This document shows positions 15,001 through 30,000 of a stretch of 64,000 bases of DNA, one piece after another. Position numbers and translations under genes: made by a program. The notes beneath the pieces were generated by a model. The model did no database searches and was not told the origin of the DNA. It was given only the letters and a program-made list of their open reading frames with translations. Source of the stretch: Eledone cirrhosa (lineage: Eukaryota). Numbering within the stretch: the first letter of the stretch is position 1; every line of letters starts with the position of its first letter. The stretch covers positions 428,978,001 through 429,042,000 of the forward strand of contig OZ024740.1 of NCBI GenBank assembly GCA_964016885.1. Reading direction: 5' to 3'.

Positions 15001-18000
15001 TTGTTGTTGATATTGTGTTTTTACTATTCAACTCAGCTCAGGTAGTGAAGAGTGTTGTTGTTGATATTGTGTTTTTACTATACAACTGAGCTCAGATAGT
15101 GAAGAGTTTTGTTGTTGATATTGTGTTTTTACTATACAACGCAGCTCAGATAGTGAAGAGTGTTGTTGTTGATATTGTGTTTTTACTATACAACTGAGCT
15201 CAGATAGTGAAGAGTGTTGTTGTTGATATTGTGTTTTTACTATTCAACTCAGCTCAGGTAGTGAAGAGTGTTGTTGTTGATATTGTGTTTTTACTATACA
15301 ACTGAGCTCAGATAGTGAAGATTGTTGTTGTTGATATTGTGTTTTTACTATTCAACTCAGCTCAGATAGTGAAGAGTGTTGTTGTTGATATTGTGTTTTT
15401 ACTATTCAACTCAGCTCAGATAGTGAAGAGTGTTGTTGTTGATATTGTGTTTTTACTATACAACTTAGCTCAGATAGTGAAGAGTGTTGTTGTTGATATT
15501 GTGTTTTTACTATAAAACTGAGCTCAGATAGTGAAGAGTGTTGTTGTTGATATTGTGTTTTTACTATACAACTCAGCTCAGATATTGATGAGTGTTGTTG
15601 TTGATATTGTGTTTTTACTATACGATTGAGCTCAGATAGTGAAGAGTTTTGTTGTTGATATTGTGTTTTTACTATACAACTCAGCTCAGATATTGAAGAG
15701 TGTTGTTCTTGATATTGTGTTTGTACTATACAACTCAGCTCAGATAGTGAAGTGTTTTGTTGTTGATATTGTGTTTTTACTATACAATTGAGCTCAGCTA
15801 GTGAAGAGTCTTGTTGTTGATATTGTGTTTTTACTATTCAACTCAGCTCAGATAGTGAAGGGTGTTGTTGTTGATATTGTGTTTTTACTATTCAACTCAG
15901 CTCAGGTAGTGAAGAGTGTTGTTGTTGATATTGTGTTTTTACTATTCAACTCAGCTCAGTTAGTGAAGAGTATTGATATTGTGTTTTTACTATTCAACTC
16001 AGCTCAGATAGTGAAGAGTGTTGTTGTTGATATTGTGTTTTTACTATACAATTGAGCTCAGATATTGAAGAGTGTTGTTGTTGATATTGTGTTTGTACTA
16101 TACAACTCAGCTCAGATAGTGAAGAGTTTTGTTGTTGATATTGTGTTTTTACTATACAACGCAGCTCAGATAGTGAAGAGTGTTGTTGTTGATATTGTGT
16201 TTTTACTATACAACTGAGCTCAGATAGTGAAGAGTGTTGTTGTTGATATTGTGTTTTTACTATAAAACTGAGCTCAGATAGTGAAGAGTGTTGTTGTTGA
16301 TATTGTGTTTTTACTATACAACTGAGCTCAGTTAGTGAAGAGTGTTGTTGTTGATATTGTGTTTTTACTATACAACTGAGCTCAGATAGTGAAGAGTTTT
16401 GTTGTTGATATTGTGTTTTTACTATACAACTCACCTCAGATAGTGAAGAGTGTTGTTGTTGATATTGTGTTTTTACTATACAACTCAGCTCAGATATTGA
16501 TGAGTGTTGTTGTTGATATTGTGTTTTTACTATACAACTGAGCTCAAATAGTGAAGAGTTTTGTTGTTGATATTGTGTTTTTACTATACAACTCAGCTCA
16601 GATATTGATGAGTGTTGTTGTTGATATTGTGTTTTTACTATACAACTGAGCTCAGATAGTGAAGAGTGTTGTTGTTGATATTGTGTTTTTACTATACAAC
16701 TCAGCTCAGATATTGATGAGTGTTGTTGTTGATATTGTGTTTTTACTATACAACTGAGCTCAGATAGTGAAGAGTTTTGTTGTTGATATTGTGTTTTTAC
16801 TATACAACGCAGCTCAGATAGTGAAGAGTGTTGTTGTTGATATTGTGTTTTTACTATACAACTCAGCTCAGGTAGTGAAGAGTGTTGTTGTTGATATTGT
16901 GTTTTTACTATTCAACTCAGCTCAGGTAGTGAAGAGTGTTGTTGTTGATATTGTGTTTTTACTATACAACTGAGCTCAGATAGTGAAGAGTTTTGTTGTT
17001 GATATTGTGTTTTTACTATACAACGCAGCTCAGATAGTGAAGAGTGTTGTTGTTGATATTGTGTTTTTACTATACAACTGAGCTCAGATAGTGAAGAGTG
17101 TTGTTGTTGATATTGTGTTTTTACTATTCAACTCAGCTCAGGTAGTGAAGAGTGTTGTTGTTGATATTGTGTTTTTACTATACAACTGAGCTCAGATAGT
17201 GAAGATTGTTGTTGTTGATATTGTGTTTTTACTATTCAACTCAGCTCAGATAGTGAAGAGTGTTGTTGTTGATATTGTGTTTTTACTATACAACTGAGCT
17301 CAGATAGTGAAGAGTGTTGTTGTTGATATTGTGTTTTTACTATACAACTTAGCTCAGATAGTGAAGAGTGTTGTTGTTGATATTGTGTTTTTACTATAAA
17401 ACTGAGCTCAGATAGTGAAGAGTGTTGTTGTTGATATTGTGTTTTTACTATACAACTCAGCTCAGATATTGATGAGTGTTGTTGTTGATATTGTGTTTTT
17501 ACTATACGATTGAGCTCAGATAGTGAAGAGTTTTGTTGTTGATATTGTGTTTTTACTATACAACTCAGCTCAGATATTGAAGAGTGTTGTTCTTGATATT
17601 GTGTTTGTACTATACAACTCAGCTCAGATAGTGAAGTGTTTTGTTGTTGATATTGTGTTTTTACTATACAATTGAGCTCAGCTAGTGAAGAGTCTTGTTG
17701 TTGATATTGTGTTTTTACTATTCAACTCAGCTCAGATAGTGAAGGGTGTTGTTGTTGATATTGTGTTTTTACTATTCAACTCAGCTCAGGTAGTGAAGAG
17801 TGTTGTTGTTGATATTGTGTTTTTACTATTCAACTCAGCTCAGTTAGTGAAGAGTATTGATATTGTGTTTTTACTATTCAACTCAGCTCAGATAGTGAAG
17901 AGTGTTGTTGTTGATATTGTGTTTTTACTATACAATTGAGCTCAGATAGTGAAGAGTCTTGTTGTTGATATTGTGTTTTTACTATACAACTGAGCTCAGA

Positions 18001-21000
18001 TAGTGAAGAGTGTTGTTGTTGATATTGTGTTTTTACTATAAAACTGAGCTCAGATAGTGAAGAGTGTTGTTGTTGATATTGTGTTTTTACTATACAACTG
18101 AGCTCAGATAGTGAAGAGTGTTGTTGTTGATATTGTGTTTTTACTATAAAACTGAGCTCAGATAGTGAAGAGTGTTGTTGTTGATATTGTGTTTTTACTA
18201 TACAACTGAGCTCAGATAGTGAAGAGTGTTGTTGTTGATATTGTGTTTTTACTATACATCTGAGCTCAGATAGTGAAGAGTGTTGTTGTTGATATTGTGT
18301 TTTTACTATACAACTGAGCTCAGATAATGAAGAGTGTTGTTGTTGATATTGTGTTTTTACTATAAAACTGAGCTCAGATAGTGAAGAGTGTTGTTGTTGA
18401 TATTGTGTTTTTACTATACAATTGAGCTCAGATAGTGAAGAGTGTTGTTGTTGATATTGTGTTTTTACTATACAACTGAGCTCAGATAGTGAAGAGTGTT
18501 GTTGTTGATATTGTGTTTTTACTATACATCTGATCTCAGATAGTGAAGAGTGTTGTTGTTGATATTGTGTTTTTACTATACAACTGAGCTCAGATAGTGA
18601 AGAGTGTTGTTGTTGATATTGTGTTTTTACTATACAACTGAGCTCAGATAGTGAAGAGTGTTGTTGTTGATATTGTGTTTTTACTATAAAACTGAGCTCA
18701 GATAGTGAAGAGTGTTGTTGTTGATATTGTGATTTTACTATACAACTGAGCTCAGATAGTGAAGAGTGTTGTTGTTGATATTGTGTTTTTACTATACAAC
18801 TGAGCTCAGATAGTGAAGAGTGTTGTTGTTGATATTGTGTTTTTACTATACATCTGATCTCAGATAGTGAAGAGTGTTGTTGTTGATATTGTGTTTTTAC
18901 TATACAACTGAGCTCAGATAGTGAAGAGTGTTGTTGTTGATATTGTGTTTTTACTATAAAACTGAGCTCAGATAGTGAAGAGTGTTGTTGTTGATATTGT
19001 GTTTTTACTATACAACTGAGCTCAGTTAGTGAAGAGTGTTGTTGTTGATATTGTGTTTTTACTATACAACTGAGCTCAGATAGTGAAGAGTTTTGTTGTT
19101 GATATTGTGTTTTTACTATACAACTCAGCTCAGATAGTGAAGAGTTTTGTTGTTGATATTGTGTTTTTACTATACAACTCAGCTCAGATATTGAAGAGTG
19201 TTGTTGTTGATATTGTGTTTGTACTATACAACTCAGCTCAGATAGTGAAGAGTTTTGTTTTTGATATTGTGTTTTTACTATACAACGCAGCTCAGATAGT
19301 GAAGAGTGTTGTTGTTGATATTGTGTTTCTAGTATACAACTGAGCTCAGATAGTGAAGAGTATTGTTGTTGATATTGTGTTTTTACTATAAAACTGAGCT
19401 CAGATAGTGAAGAGTGTTGTTGTTGATATTGTGATTTTACTATACAACTGAGCTCAGATAGTGAAGAGTGTTGTTGTTGATATTGTGTTTTTACTATACA
19501 ACTGAGCTCAGATAGTGAAGAGTGTTGTTGTTGATATTGTGTTTTTACTATACAACTCAGCTCAGATAGTGAAGAGTGTTGTTGTTGATATTGTGTTTTT
19601 ACTATACAACTGAGCTCAGATAGTAGAAAGTGTTGTTGTTAATATCGTGTGTTTACTATACAACTGAGCTCAGATAGTGAAGAGTGTTGTTGTTGATATT
19701 GTGTTTTTACTATAAAACTGAGCTCAGATAGTGAAGAGTGTTGTTGTTGATATTGTGTTTTTACTATACAACTGAGCTCAGATATTGAAGAGTATTGTTG
19801 TTGATATTGTGTTTTTACTATAAAACGGAGCTCAGATAGTGAAGAGTGTTGTTGTTGATATTGTGATTTTACTATACAACTGAGCTCAGATAGTGAAGAG
19901 TGTTGTTGTTGATATTGTGTTTTTACTATGCAACTGAGCTCAGATAGTGAAGAGTGTTGTTGTTGATATTGTGTTTTTACTATACAACTGAGCTCAGATA
20001 GTGAAGAGTGTTGTTGTTGATATTGTGTTTTTACTATACAACTCAGCTCAGATAGTGAAGAGTGTTGTTGTTGATATTGTGTTTTGACTATACAACTGAG
20101 CTCAGATAGTAAAAAGTGTTGTTGTTAATATCGTGTTTTTACTATATAACTGAGCTCAGATAGTGAAGAGTGTTGTTGTTGATATTGTGTTTTTACTATA
20201 CAACTGAGCTCAGATAGTGAAGAGTATTGTTGTTGATATTGTGTTTTTACTATAAAACTGAGCTCAGATAGTGAAGAGTGTTGTTGTTGATATTGTGTTT
20301 TTACTATACAACTGAGCTCAGATATTAAAGAGTGTTGTTTTTGATATTGTGTTTTTACTATACAACTGAGCTCAGATAGTGAAGAGTGTTGTTGTTGATA
20401 TTGTGTTTTTACTATACAACTGAGCTCAGATAGTGAAGAGTGTTGTTGTTGATATTGTGTTTTTACTATAAAACTGAGCTCAGATAGTGAAGAGTGTTGT
20501 TGTTGATATTGTGTTTTTACTATACATCTGATCTCAGATAGTGAAGAGTGTTGTTGTGGATATTGTGTTTTTACTATACAACTGAGCTCAGATAGTGAAG
20601 AGTTTTGTTGTTGATATTGTGTTTTTACTATTCAACTCAGCTCAGATCGTGAAGAGTGTTGTTGTTGATATTGTGTTTTTACTATACAACTGAGCTCAGA
20701 TAGTGAAGAGTGTTGTTGTTGATATTGTGTTTTTACTATACAACTTAGCTCAGATAGTGAAGAGTGTTGTTGTTGATATTGTGTTTTTACTATAAAACTG
20801 AGCTCAGATAGTGAAGAGTGTTGTTGTTGATATTGTGTTTTTACTATACAACTCAGCTCAGATATTGATGAGTGTTGTTGTTGATATTGTGTTTTTACTA
20901 CACGATTGAGCTCAGATAGTGAAGAGTTTTGTTGTTGATATTGTGTTTTTACTATACAACTCAGCTCAGATATTGAAGAGTGTTGTTCTTGATATTGTGT

Positions 21001-24000
21001 TTGTACTATACAACTCAGCTCAGATAGTGAAGAGTTTTGTTGTTGATATTGTGTTTTTACTATACAATTGAGCTCAGCTAGTGAAGAGTCTTGTTGTTGA
21101 TATTGTGTTTTTACTATTCAACTCAGCTCAGATAGTGAAGGGTGTTGTTGTTGATATTGTGTTTTTACTATTCAACTCAGCTCAGGTAGTGAAGAGTGTT
21201 GTTGTTGATATTGTGTTTTTACTATTCAACTCAGCTCAGTTAGTGAAGAGTGTTGATATTGATATTGTGTTTTTACTATTCAACTCAGCTCAGATAGTGA
21301 AGAGTGTTGTTGTTGATATTGTGTTTTTACTATACAATTGAGCTCAGATAGTGAAGAGTCTTGTTGTTGATATTGTGTTTTTACTATACAACTGAGCTCA
21401 GATAGTGAAGAGTGTTGTTGTTGATATTGTGTTTTTACTATACAATTGAGCTCAGATAGTGAAGAGTGTTGTTGTTGATATTGTGTTTTTACTATACAAC
21501 TGAGCTCAGATAGTGAAGAGTGTTGTTGTTGATATTGTGTTTTTACTATACATCTGATCTCAGATAATGAAGAGTGTTGTTGTTGATATTGTGTTTTTAC
21601 TATACAACTGAGCTCAGATAGTGAAGAGTGTTGTTGTTGATATTGTGTTTTTACTATACAACTGAGCTCAGATAGTGAAGAGTGTTGTTGTTGATATTGT
21701 GTTTTTACTATAAAACTGAGCTCAGATAGTGAAGAGTGTTGTTGTTGATATTGTGATTTTACTATACAACTGAGCTCAGATAGTGAAGAGTGTTGTTGTT
21801 GATATTGTGTTTTTACTATACAACTGAGCTCAGATAGTGAAGAGTGTTGTTGTTGATATTGTGTTTTTACTATACATCTGATCTCAGATAGTGAAGAGTG
21901 TTGTTGTTGATATTGTGTTTTTACTATACAACTGAGCTCAGATAGTGAAGAGTGTTGTTGTTGATATTGTGTTTTTACTATAAAACTGAGCTCAGATAGT
22001 GAAGAGTGTTGTTGTTGATATTGTGTTTTTACTATACAACTGAGCTCAGTTAGTGAAGAGTGTTGTTGTTGATATTGTGTTTTTACTATACAACTGAGCT
22101 CAGATAGTGAAGAGTTTTGTTGTTGATATTGTGTTTTTACTATACAACTCAGCTCAGATAGTGAAGAGTTTTGTTGTTGATATTGTGTTTTTACTATACA
22201 ACTCAGCTCAGATATTGAAGAGTGTTGTTGTTGATATTGTGTTTGTACTATACAACTCAGCTCAGATAGTGAAGAGTTTTGTTGTTGATATTGTGTTTTT
22301 ACTATAAAACTGAGCTCAGATAGTGAAGAGTGTTGTTGTTGATATTGTGATTTTACTATACAACTGAGCTCAGATAGTGAAGAGTGTTGTTGTTGATATT
22401 GTGTTTTTACTATGCAACTGAGCTCAGATAGTGAAGAGTGTTGTTGTTGATATTGTGTTTTTACTATACAACTGAGCTCAGATAGTGAAGAGTGTTGTTG
22501 TTGATATTGTGTTTTTACTATACAACTCAGCTCAGATAGTGAAGAGTGTTGTTGTTGATATTGTGTTTTGACTATACAACTGAGCTCAGATAGTAAAAAG
22601 TGTTGTTGTTAATATCGTGTTTTTACTATACAACTGAGCTCAGATAGTGAAGAGTGTTGTTGTTGATATTGTGTTTTTACTATACAACTGAGCTCAGATA
22701 GTGAAGAGTATTGTTGTTGATATTGTGTTTTTACTATAAAACTGAGCTCAGATAGTGAAGAGTGTTGTTGTTGATATTGTGTTTTTACTATACAACTGAG
22801 CTCAGATATTAAAGAGTGTTGTTTTTGATATTGTGTTTTTACTATACAACTGAGCTCAGATAGTGAAGAGTGTTGTTGTTGATATTGTGTTTTTACTATA
22901 CAACTGAGCTCAGATAGTGAAGAGTGTTGTTGTTGATATTGTGTTTTTACTATAAAACTGAGCTCAGATAGTGAAGAGTGTTGTTGTTGATATTGTGTTT
23001 TTACTATACATCTGATCTCAGATAGTGAAGAGTGTTGTTGTGGATATTGTGTTTTTACTATACAACTGAGCTCAGATAGTGAAGAGTTTTGTTGTTGATA
23101 TTGTGTTTTTACTATACAACTGAGCTCAGATAGTGAAGAGTGTTGTTGTTGATATTGTGTTTTTACTATACATCTGAGCTCAGATAGTGAAGAGTGTTGT
23201 TGTTGATATTGTGTTTTTACTATACAACTGAGCTCAGTTAGTGAAGAGTGTTGTTGTTGATATTGTGTTTTTACTATACAACTGAGCTCAGATAGTGAAG
23301 AGTTTTGTTGTTGATATTGTGTTTTTACTATACAACTCAGCTCAGATAGTGAAGAGTGTTGTTGTTGATATTGTGTTTTTACTATACAACTCAGCTCAGA
23401 TATTGATGAGTGTTGTTGTTGATATTGTGTTTTTACTATACAATTGAGCTCAGATAGTGAAGAGTTTTGTTGTTGATATTGTGTTTTTACTATACAACTC
23501 AGCTCAGATATTGAAGAGTGTTGTTGTTGATATTGTGTTTGTACTATACAACTCAGCTCAGATAGTGAAGAGTTTTGTTGTTGATATTGTGTTTTTACTA
23601 TACAACGCAGCTCAGATAGTGAAGAGTGTTGTTGTTGATATTGTGTTTTTACTATACAACTCAGCTCAGATATTGATGAGTGTTGTTGTTGATATTGTGT
23701 TTTTACTATACAATTGAGCTCAGATAGTGAAGAGTTTTGTTGTTGATATTGTGTTTTTACTATACAACTCAGCTCAGATATTGAAGAGTGTTGTTGTTGA
23801 TATTGTGTTTGTACTATACAACTCAGCTCAGATAGTGAAGAGTGTTGTTGTTGATATTGTGTTTTTACTATACAACTCAGCTCAGATAGTGAAGAGTTTT
23901 GTTGTTGATATTGTGTTTTTACTATACAACTGAGCTCAGATAGTGAAGAGTGTTGTTGTTGATATTGTGTTTTTACTATACAACTCAGCTCAGATAGTGA

Positions 24001-27000
24001 AGAGTGTTGTTGTTGATATTGTGTTTTTACTATACAACTCAGCTCAGATAGTGAAGAGTGTTGTTGTTGATATTGTGTTTTTACTATACAACTGAGCTCA
24101 GATAGTAAAAAGTGTTGTTGTTAATATCGTGTTTTTACTATACAACTGAGCTCAGATAGTGAAGAGTGTTGTTGTTGATATTGTGTTTTTACTATACAAC
24201 TGAGCTCAGATAGTGAAGAGTATTGTTGTTGATATTATGTTTTTACTATAAAACTGAGCTCAGATAGTGAAGAGTGTTGTTGTTGATATTGTGTTTTTAC
24301 TATACAACTGAGCTCAGATAGTGAAGAGTATTGTTGTTGATATTGTGTTTTTACTATAAAACTGAGCTCAGATAGTGAAGAGTGTTGTTGTTGATATTGT
24401 GATTTTACTATACAACTGAGCTCAGATAGTGAAGAGTGTTGTTGTTGATATTGTGTTTTTACTATACAACTGAGCTCAGATAGTGAAGAGTGTTGTTGTT
24501 GATATTGTGTTTTTACTATGCAACTGAGCTCAGATAGTGAAGAGTGTTGTTGTTGATATAGTGTTTTTACTATACAACTGAGCTCAGATAGTGAAGAGTG
24601 TTGTTGTTGATATTGTGTTTTTACTATACAACTCAGCTCAGATAGTGAAGAGTGTTGTTGTTGATATTGTGTTTTTACTATACAACTCAGCTCAGATAGT
24701 GAAGAGTGTTGTTGTTGATATTGTGTTTTTACTATACAACTGAGCTCAGATAGTAAAAAGTGTTGTTGTTAATATCGTGTTTTTACTATACAACTCAGCT
24801 CAGATAGTGAAGAGTGTTGTTGTTGATATTGTGTTTTTACTATAAAACTGAGCTCAGTTAGTGAAGAGTGTTGTTGTTGATATTGTGTTTTTACTATACA
24901 ACTGAGCTCAGATAGTGAAGAGTGTTGTTGTTGATATTGTGTTTTTACTATACAACTCAGCTCAGATAGTGAAGAGTGTTGTTGTTGATATTGTGTTTTT
25001 ACTATACAACTCAGCTCAGATAGTGAAGAGTGTTGTTGTTGATATTGTGTTTTTACTATACAACTCAGCTCAGATAGTGAAGAGTGTTGTTGTTGATATT
25101 GTGTTTTTACTATACAACTGAGCTCAGATAGTGAAGAGTGTTGTTGTTGATATTGTGTTTTTACAATACAACTGAGCTCAGTTAGTGAAGAGTGTTGTTG
25201 TTGATATTGTGTTTTTACTATACAACTGAGCTCAGATAGTGAAGAGTGTTATTGTTGATATTGTGTTTTTACTATACAACTGAGCTCAGATAGTGAAGAG
25301 TGTTGTTGTTGATATTGTGTTTTCACTATACAACTGAGCTCAGATAGTGAAGAGTGTTGTTGTTGATATTGTGTTTTTACTATTCAACTGAGCTCAGATA
25401 GTGAAGAGTGTTGTTGTTGATATTGTGTTTTTACTATACAACTCAGCTCAGGTAGTGAAGAGTGTTGTTGTTGATATTGTGTTTTTACTATACAACTGAG
25501 CTCAGATAGTGAAGAGTGTTGTTGTTGATATTGTGTTTTTACTATACAACTCAGCTCAGATAGTGAAGAGTGTTGTTGTTAATATTGTGTTTTTACTATT
25601 CAACTCAGCTCAGGTAGTGAAGAGTGTTGTTGTTGATATTGTGTTTTTACTATTCAACTCAGCTCAGGTAGTGAAGAGTGTTGTTGTTGATATTGTGTTT
25701 TTACTATTCAACTCGGCTCAGATAGTGAAGAGTGTTGTTGTTGATATTGTGTTTTTACTATACAACTGAGCTCAGATATTAAAGAGTGTTATTGTTGATA
25801 TTGTGTTTTTACTATAAAACTGAGCTCAGATAGTAAAGAGTGTTGTTGTTGATATTGTGTTTTTATTATACATCTGAGCTCAGATAGTGAAGAGTGTTGT
25901 TGTTGATATTGTGTATTTACTATACAACTCAGCTCAGATATTAAAGAGTGTTGTTGTTGATATTGTGTTTTTACTATTCAACTCGGCTCAGATAGTGAAG
26001 AGTGTTGTTGTTGATATTGTGTTTTTACTATACAACTGAGCTCAGATAGTGAAGAGTTTTGTTGTTGATATTGTGTTTTTACTATACAACTCAGCTCAGA
26101 TATTGAAGAGTGTTGTTGTTGATATTGTGTTTTTACTATACAACTGAGCTCAGATAGTAATGAGTGTTGTTGTTAATATCGTGTTTTTACTATACAACTG
26201 AGCTCAGATAGTGAAGAGTGTTGTTGTTGATATTGTGTTTTTACTATACAACTGAGCTCAGTTAGTGAAGAGTGTTGTTTTTGATATTGTGTTTTTACTA
26301 TACAACTCAGCTCAGATAGTGAAGAGTGTTGTTGTTTATATTGTGTTTTTACTACACGACTGAGCTCAGATAGTAAAGTGTGTTGTTGTTAATATCGTGT
26401 TTTTACTATACAACTGAGCTCAGATAGTGAAGAGTGTTGTTGTTGAAATTGTGTTTTTACTATACATCTGAGCTCAGATAGTGAAGAGTGTTGTTGTTGA
26501 TATTGTGTGTTTACTATACAACTGAGCTCAGATATTAAAGAGTGTTGTTGTTGATATTGTGTGTTTACTATACAACTGAGCTCAGATATTAAAGAGTGTT
26601 GTTGTCGATATTGTGTGTTTACTATACAACTGAGCTCAGATATTAAAGAGTGTTGTTGTTGATATTGTGTTTTTACTATAAAACTGAGCTCAGATAGTGA
26701 AGAGTGTTTTTGTTGATATTGTGTGTTTACTATACAACTGAGCTCAGATATTAAAGAGTGTTGTTGTTGATATTGTGTGTTTACTATACAACTGAGCTCT
26801 GATATTAAAGAGTGTTGTTGTTGATATTGTGTGTTTACTATACAACTGAGCTCAGATATTAAAGAGTGTTGTTGTTGATATTGTGTTTTTACTATAAAAC
26901 TGAGCTCAGATAGTGAAGAGTGTTGTTGTTGATATTGTGTGTTTACTATACAACTGAGCTCAGATAGTGAAGAGTGTTGTTGTTGTTATTGTGTTTTTAC

Positions 27001-30000
27001 TATTCAACTCAGCTCAGATAGTGAAGACTGTTGTTGTTGATATTGTGTTTTTACTATGCAACTGAGCTCAGTTAGTGAAGAGTGTTGTTGTTGATATTGT
27101 GTTTTTACTATAAAACTGAGCTCAGATAGTAAAAAGTGTTGTTGTTAATATCGTGTTTTTACTATACAACTGAGCTCAGATAGTGAAGAGTGTTGTTGTT
27201 GATATTGTGTTTTTACTATACAACTGAGCTCAGATAGTGAAGAGTATTGTTGTTGATATTGTGTTTTTACTATAAAACTGAGCTCAGATAGTGAAGAGTG
27301 TTGTTGTTGATATTGTGTTTTTACTATACAACTGAGCTCAGATAGTGAAGAGTATTGTTGTTGATATTGTGTTTTTACTATAAAACTGAGCTCAGATAGT
27401 GAAGAGTGTTGTTGTTGATATTGTGATTTTACTATACAACTGAGCTCAGATAGTGAAGAGTGTTGTTGTTGATATTGTGTTTTTACTATACAACTGAGCT
27501 CAGATAGTGAAGAGTGTTGTTGTTGATATTGTGTTTTTACTATGCAACTGAGCTCAGATAGTGAAGAGTGTTGTTGTTGATATAGTGTTTTTACTATACA
27601 ACTGAGCTCAGATAGTGAAGAGTGTTGTTGTTGATATTGTGTTTTTACTATACAACTCAGCTCAGATAGTGAAGAGTGTTGTTGTTGATATTGTGTTTTT
27701 ACTATACAACTCAGCTCAGATAGTGAAGAGTGTTGTTGTTGATATTGTGTTTTTACTATACAACTGAGCTCAGATAGTAAAAAGTGTTGTTGTTAATATC
27801 GTGTTTTTACTATACAACTCAGCTCAGATAGTGAAGAGTGTTGTTGTTGATATTGTGTTTTTACTATACAACTCAGCTCAGATAGTGAAGAGTGTTGTTG
27901 TTGATATTGTGTTTTTACTATACAACTCAGCTCAGGTAGTGAAGAGTGTTGTTGTTGATATTGTGTTTTTACTATACAACTGAGCTCAGATAGTGAAGAG
28001 TGTTGTTGTTGATATTGTGTTTTTACAATACAACTGAGCTCAGTTAGTGAAGAGTGTTGTTGTTGATATTGTGTTTTTACTATACAGCTGAGCTCAGATA
28101 GTGAAGAGTGTTATTGTTGATATTGTGTTTTTACTATACAACTGAGCTCAGATAGTGAAGAGTGTTGTTGTTGATATTGTGTTTTCACTATACAACTGAG
28201 CTCAGATAGTGAAGAGTGTTGTTGTTGATATTGTGTTTTTACTATTCAACTGAGCTCAGATAGTGAAGAGTGTTGTTGTTGATATTGTGTTTTTACTATA
28301 CAACTCAGCTCAGGTAGTGAAGAGTGTTGTTGTTGATATTGTGTTTTTACTATACAACTGAGCTCAGATAGTGAAGAGTGTTGTTGTTGATATTGTGTTT
28401 TTACTATACAACTCAGCTCAGATAGTGAAGAGTGTTGTTGTTGATATTGTGTTTTTACTATTCAACTCAGCTCAGGTAGTGAAGAGTGTTGTTGTTGATA
28501 TTGTGTTTTTACTATTCAACTCAGCTCAGGTAGTGAAGAGTGTTGTTGTTGATATTGTGTTTTTACTATTCAACTCAGCTCAGATAGTGAAGAGTGTTGT
28601 TGTTGATATTGTGTTTTTACTATACAACTGAGCTCAGATATTAAAGAGTGTTATTGTTGATATTGTGTTTTTACTATAAAACTGAGCTCATATAGTAAAG
28701 AGTGTTGTTGTTGATATTGTGTTTTTATTATACATCTGAGCTCAGATAGTGAAGAGTGTTGTTGTTGATATTGTGTATTTACTATACAACTCAGCTCAGA
28801 TATTAAAGAGTGTTGTTGTTGATATTGTGTTTTTACTATTCAACTCGGCTCAGATAGTGAAGAGTGTTGTTGTTGATATTGTGTTTTTACTATACAACTG
28901 AGCTCAGATAGTGAAGAGTTTTGTTGTTGATATTGTGTTTTTACTATACAACTCAGCTCAGATATTGAAGAGTGTTGTTGTTGATATTGTGTTTTTACTA
29001 TACAACTGAGCTCAGATAGTAATGTGTGTTGTTGTTAATATCGTGTTTTTACTATACAACTGAGCTCAGATAGTGAAGAGTGTTGTTGTTGATATTGTGT
29101 TTTTACTATACAACTGAGCTCAGTTAGTGAAGAGTGTTGTTTTTGATATTGTGTTTTTACTATACAACTCAGCTCAGATAGTGAAGAGTGTTGTTGTTTA
29201 TATTGTGTTTTTACTATACGACTGAGCTCAGATAGTAAAGTGTGTTGTTGTTAATATCGTGTTTTTACTATACAACTGAGCTCAGATAGTGAAGAGTGTT
29301 GTTGTTGAAATTGTGTTTTTACTATACATCTGAGCTCAGATAGTGAAGAGTGTTGTTGTTGATATTGTGTGTTTACTATACAACTGAGCTCAGATATTAA
29401 AGAGTGTTGTTGTTGATATTGTGTGTTTACTATACAACTGAGCTCTGATATTAAAGAGTGTTGTTGTCGATATTGTGTGTTTACTATACAACTGAGCTCA
29501 GATATTAAAGAGTGTTGTTGTTGATATTGTGTTTTTACTATAAAACTGAGCTCAGATAGTGAAGAGTGTTTTTGTTGATATTGTGTGTTTACTATACAAC
29601 TGAGCTCAGATATTAAAGAGTGTTGTTGTTGATATTGTGTGTTTACTATACAACTGAGCTCTGATATTAAAGAGTGTTGTTGTTGATATTGTGTGTTTAC
29701 TATACAACTGAGCTCAGATATTAAAGAGTGTTGTTGTTGATATTGTGTTTTTACTATAAAACTGAGCTCAGATAGTGAAGAGTGTTGTTGTTGATATTGT
29801 GTGTTTACTATACAACTGAGCTCAGATAGTGAAGAGTGTTGTTGTTGTTATTGTGTTTTTACTATTCAACTCAGCTCAGATAGTGAAGACTGTTGTTGTT
29901 GATATTGTGTTTTTACTATGCAACTGAGCTCAGTTAGTGAAGAGTGTTGTTGTTGATATTGTGTTTTTACTATACAACCGAGCTCAGATAGTGAAGAGTG

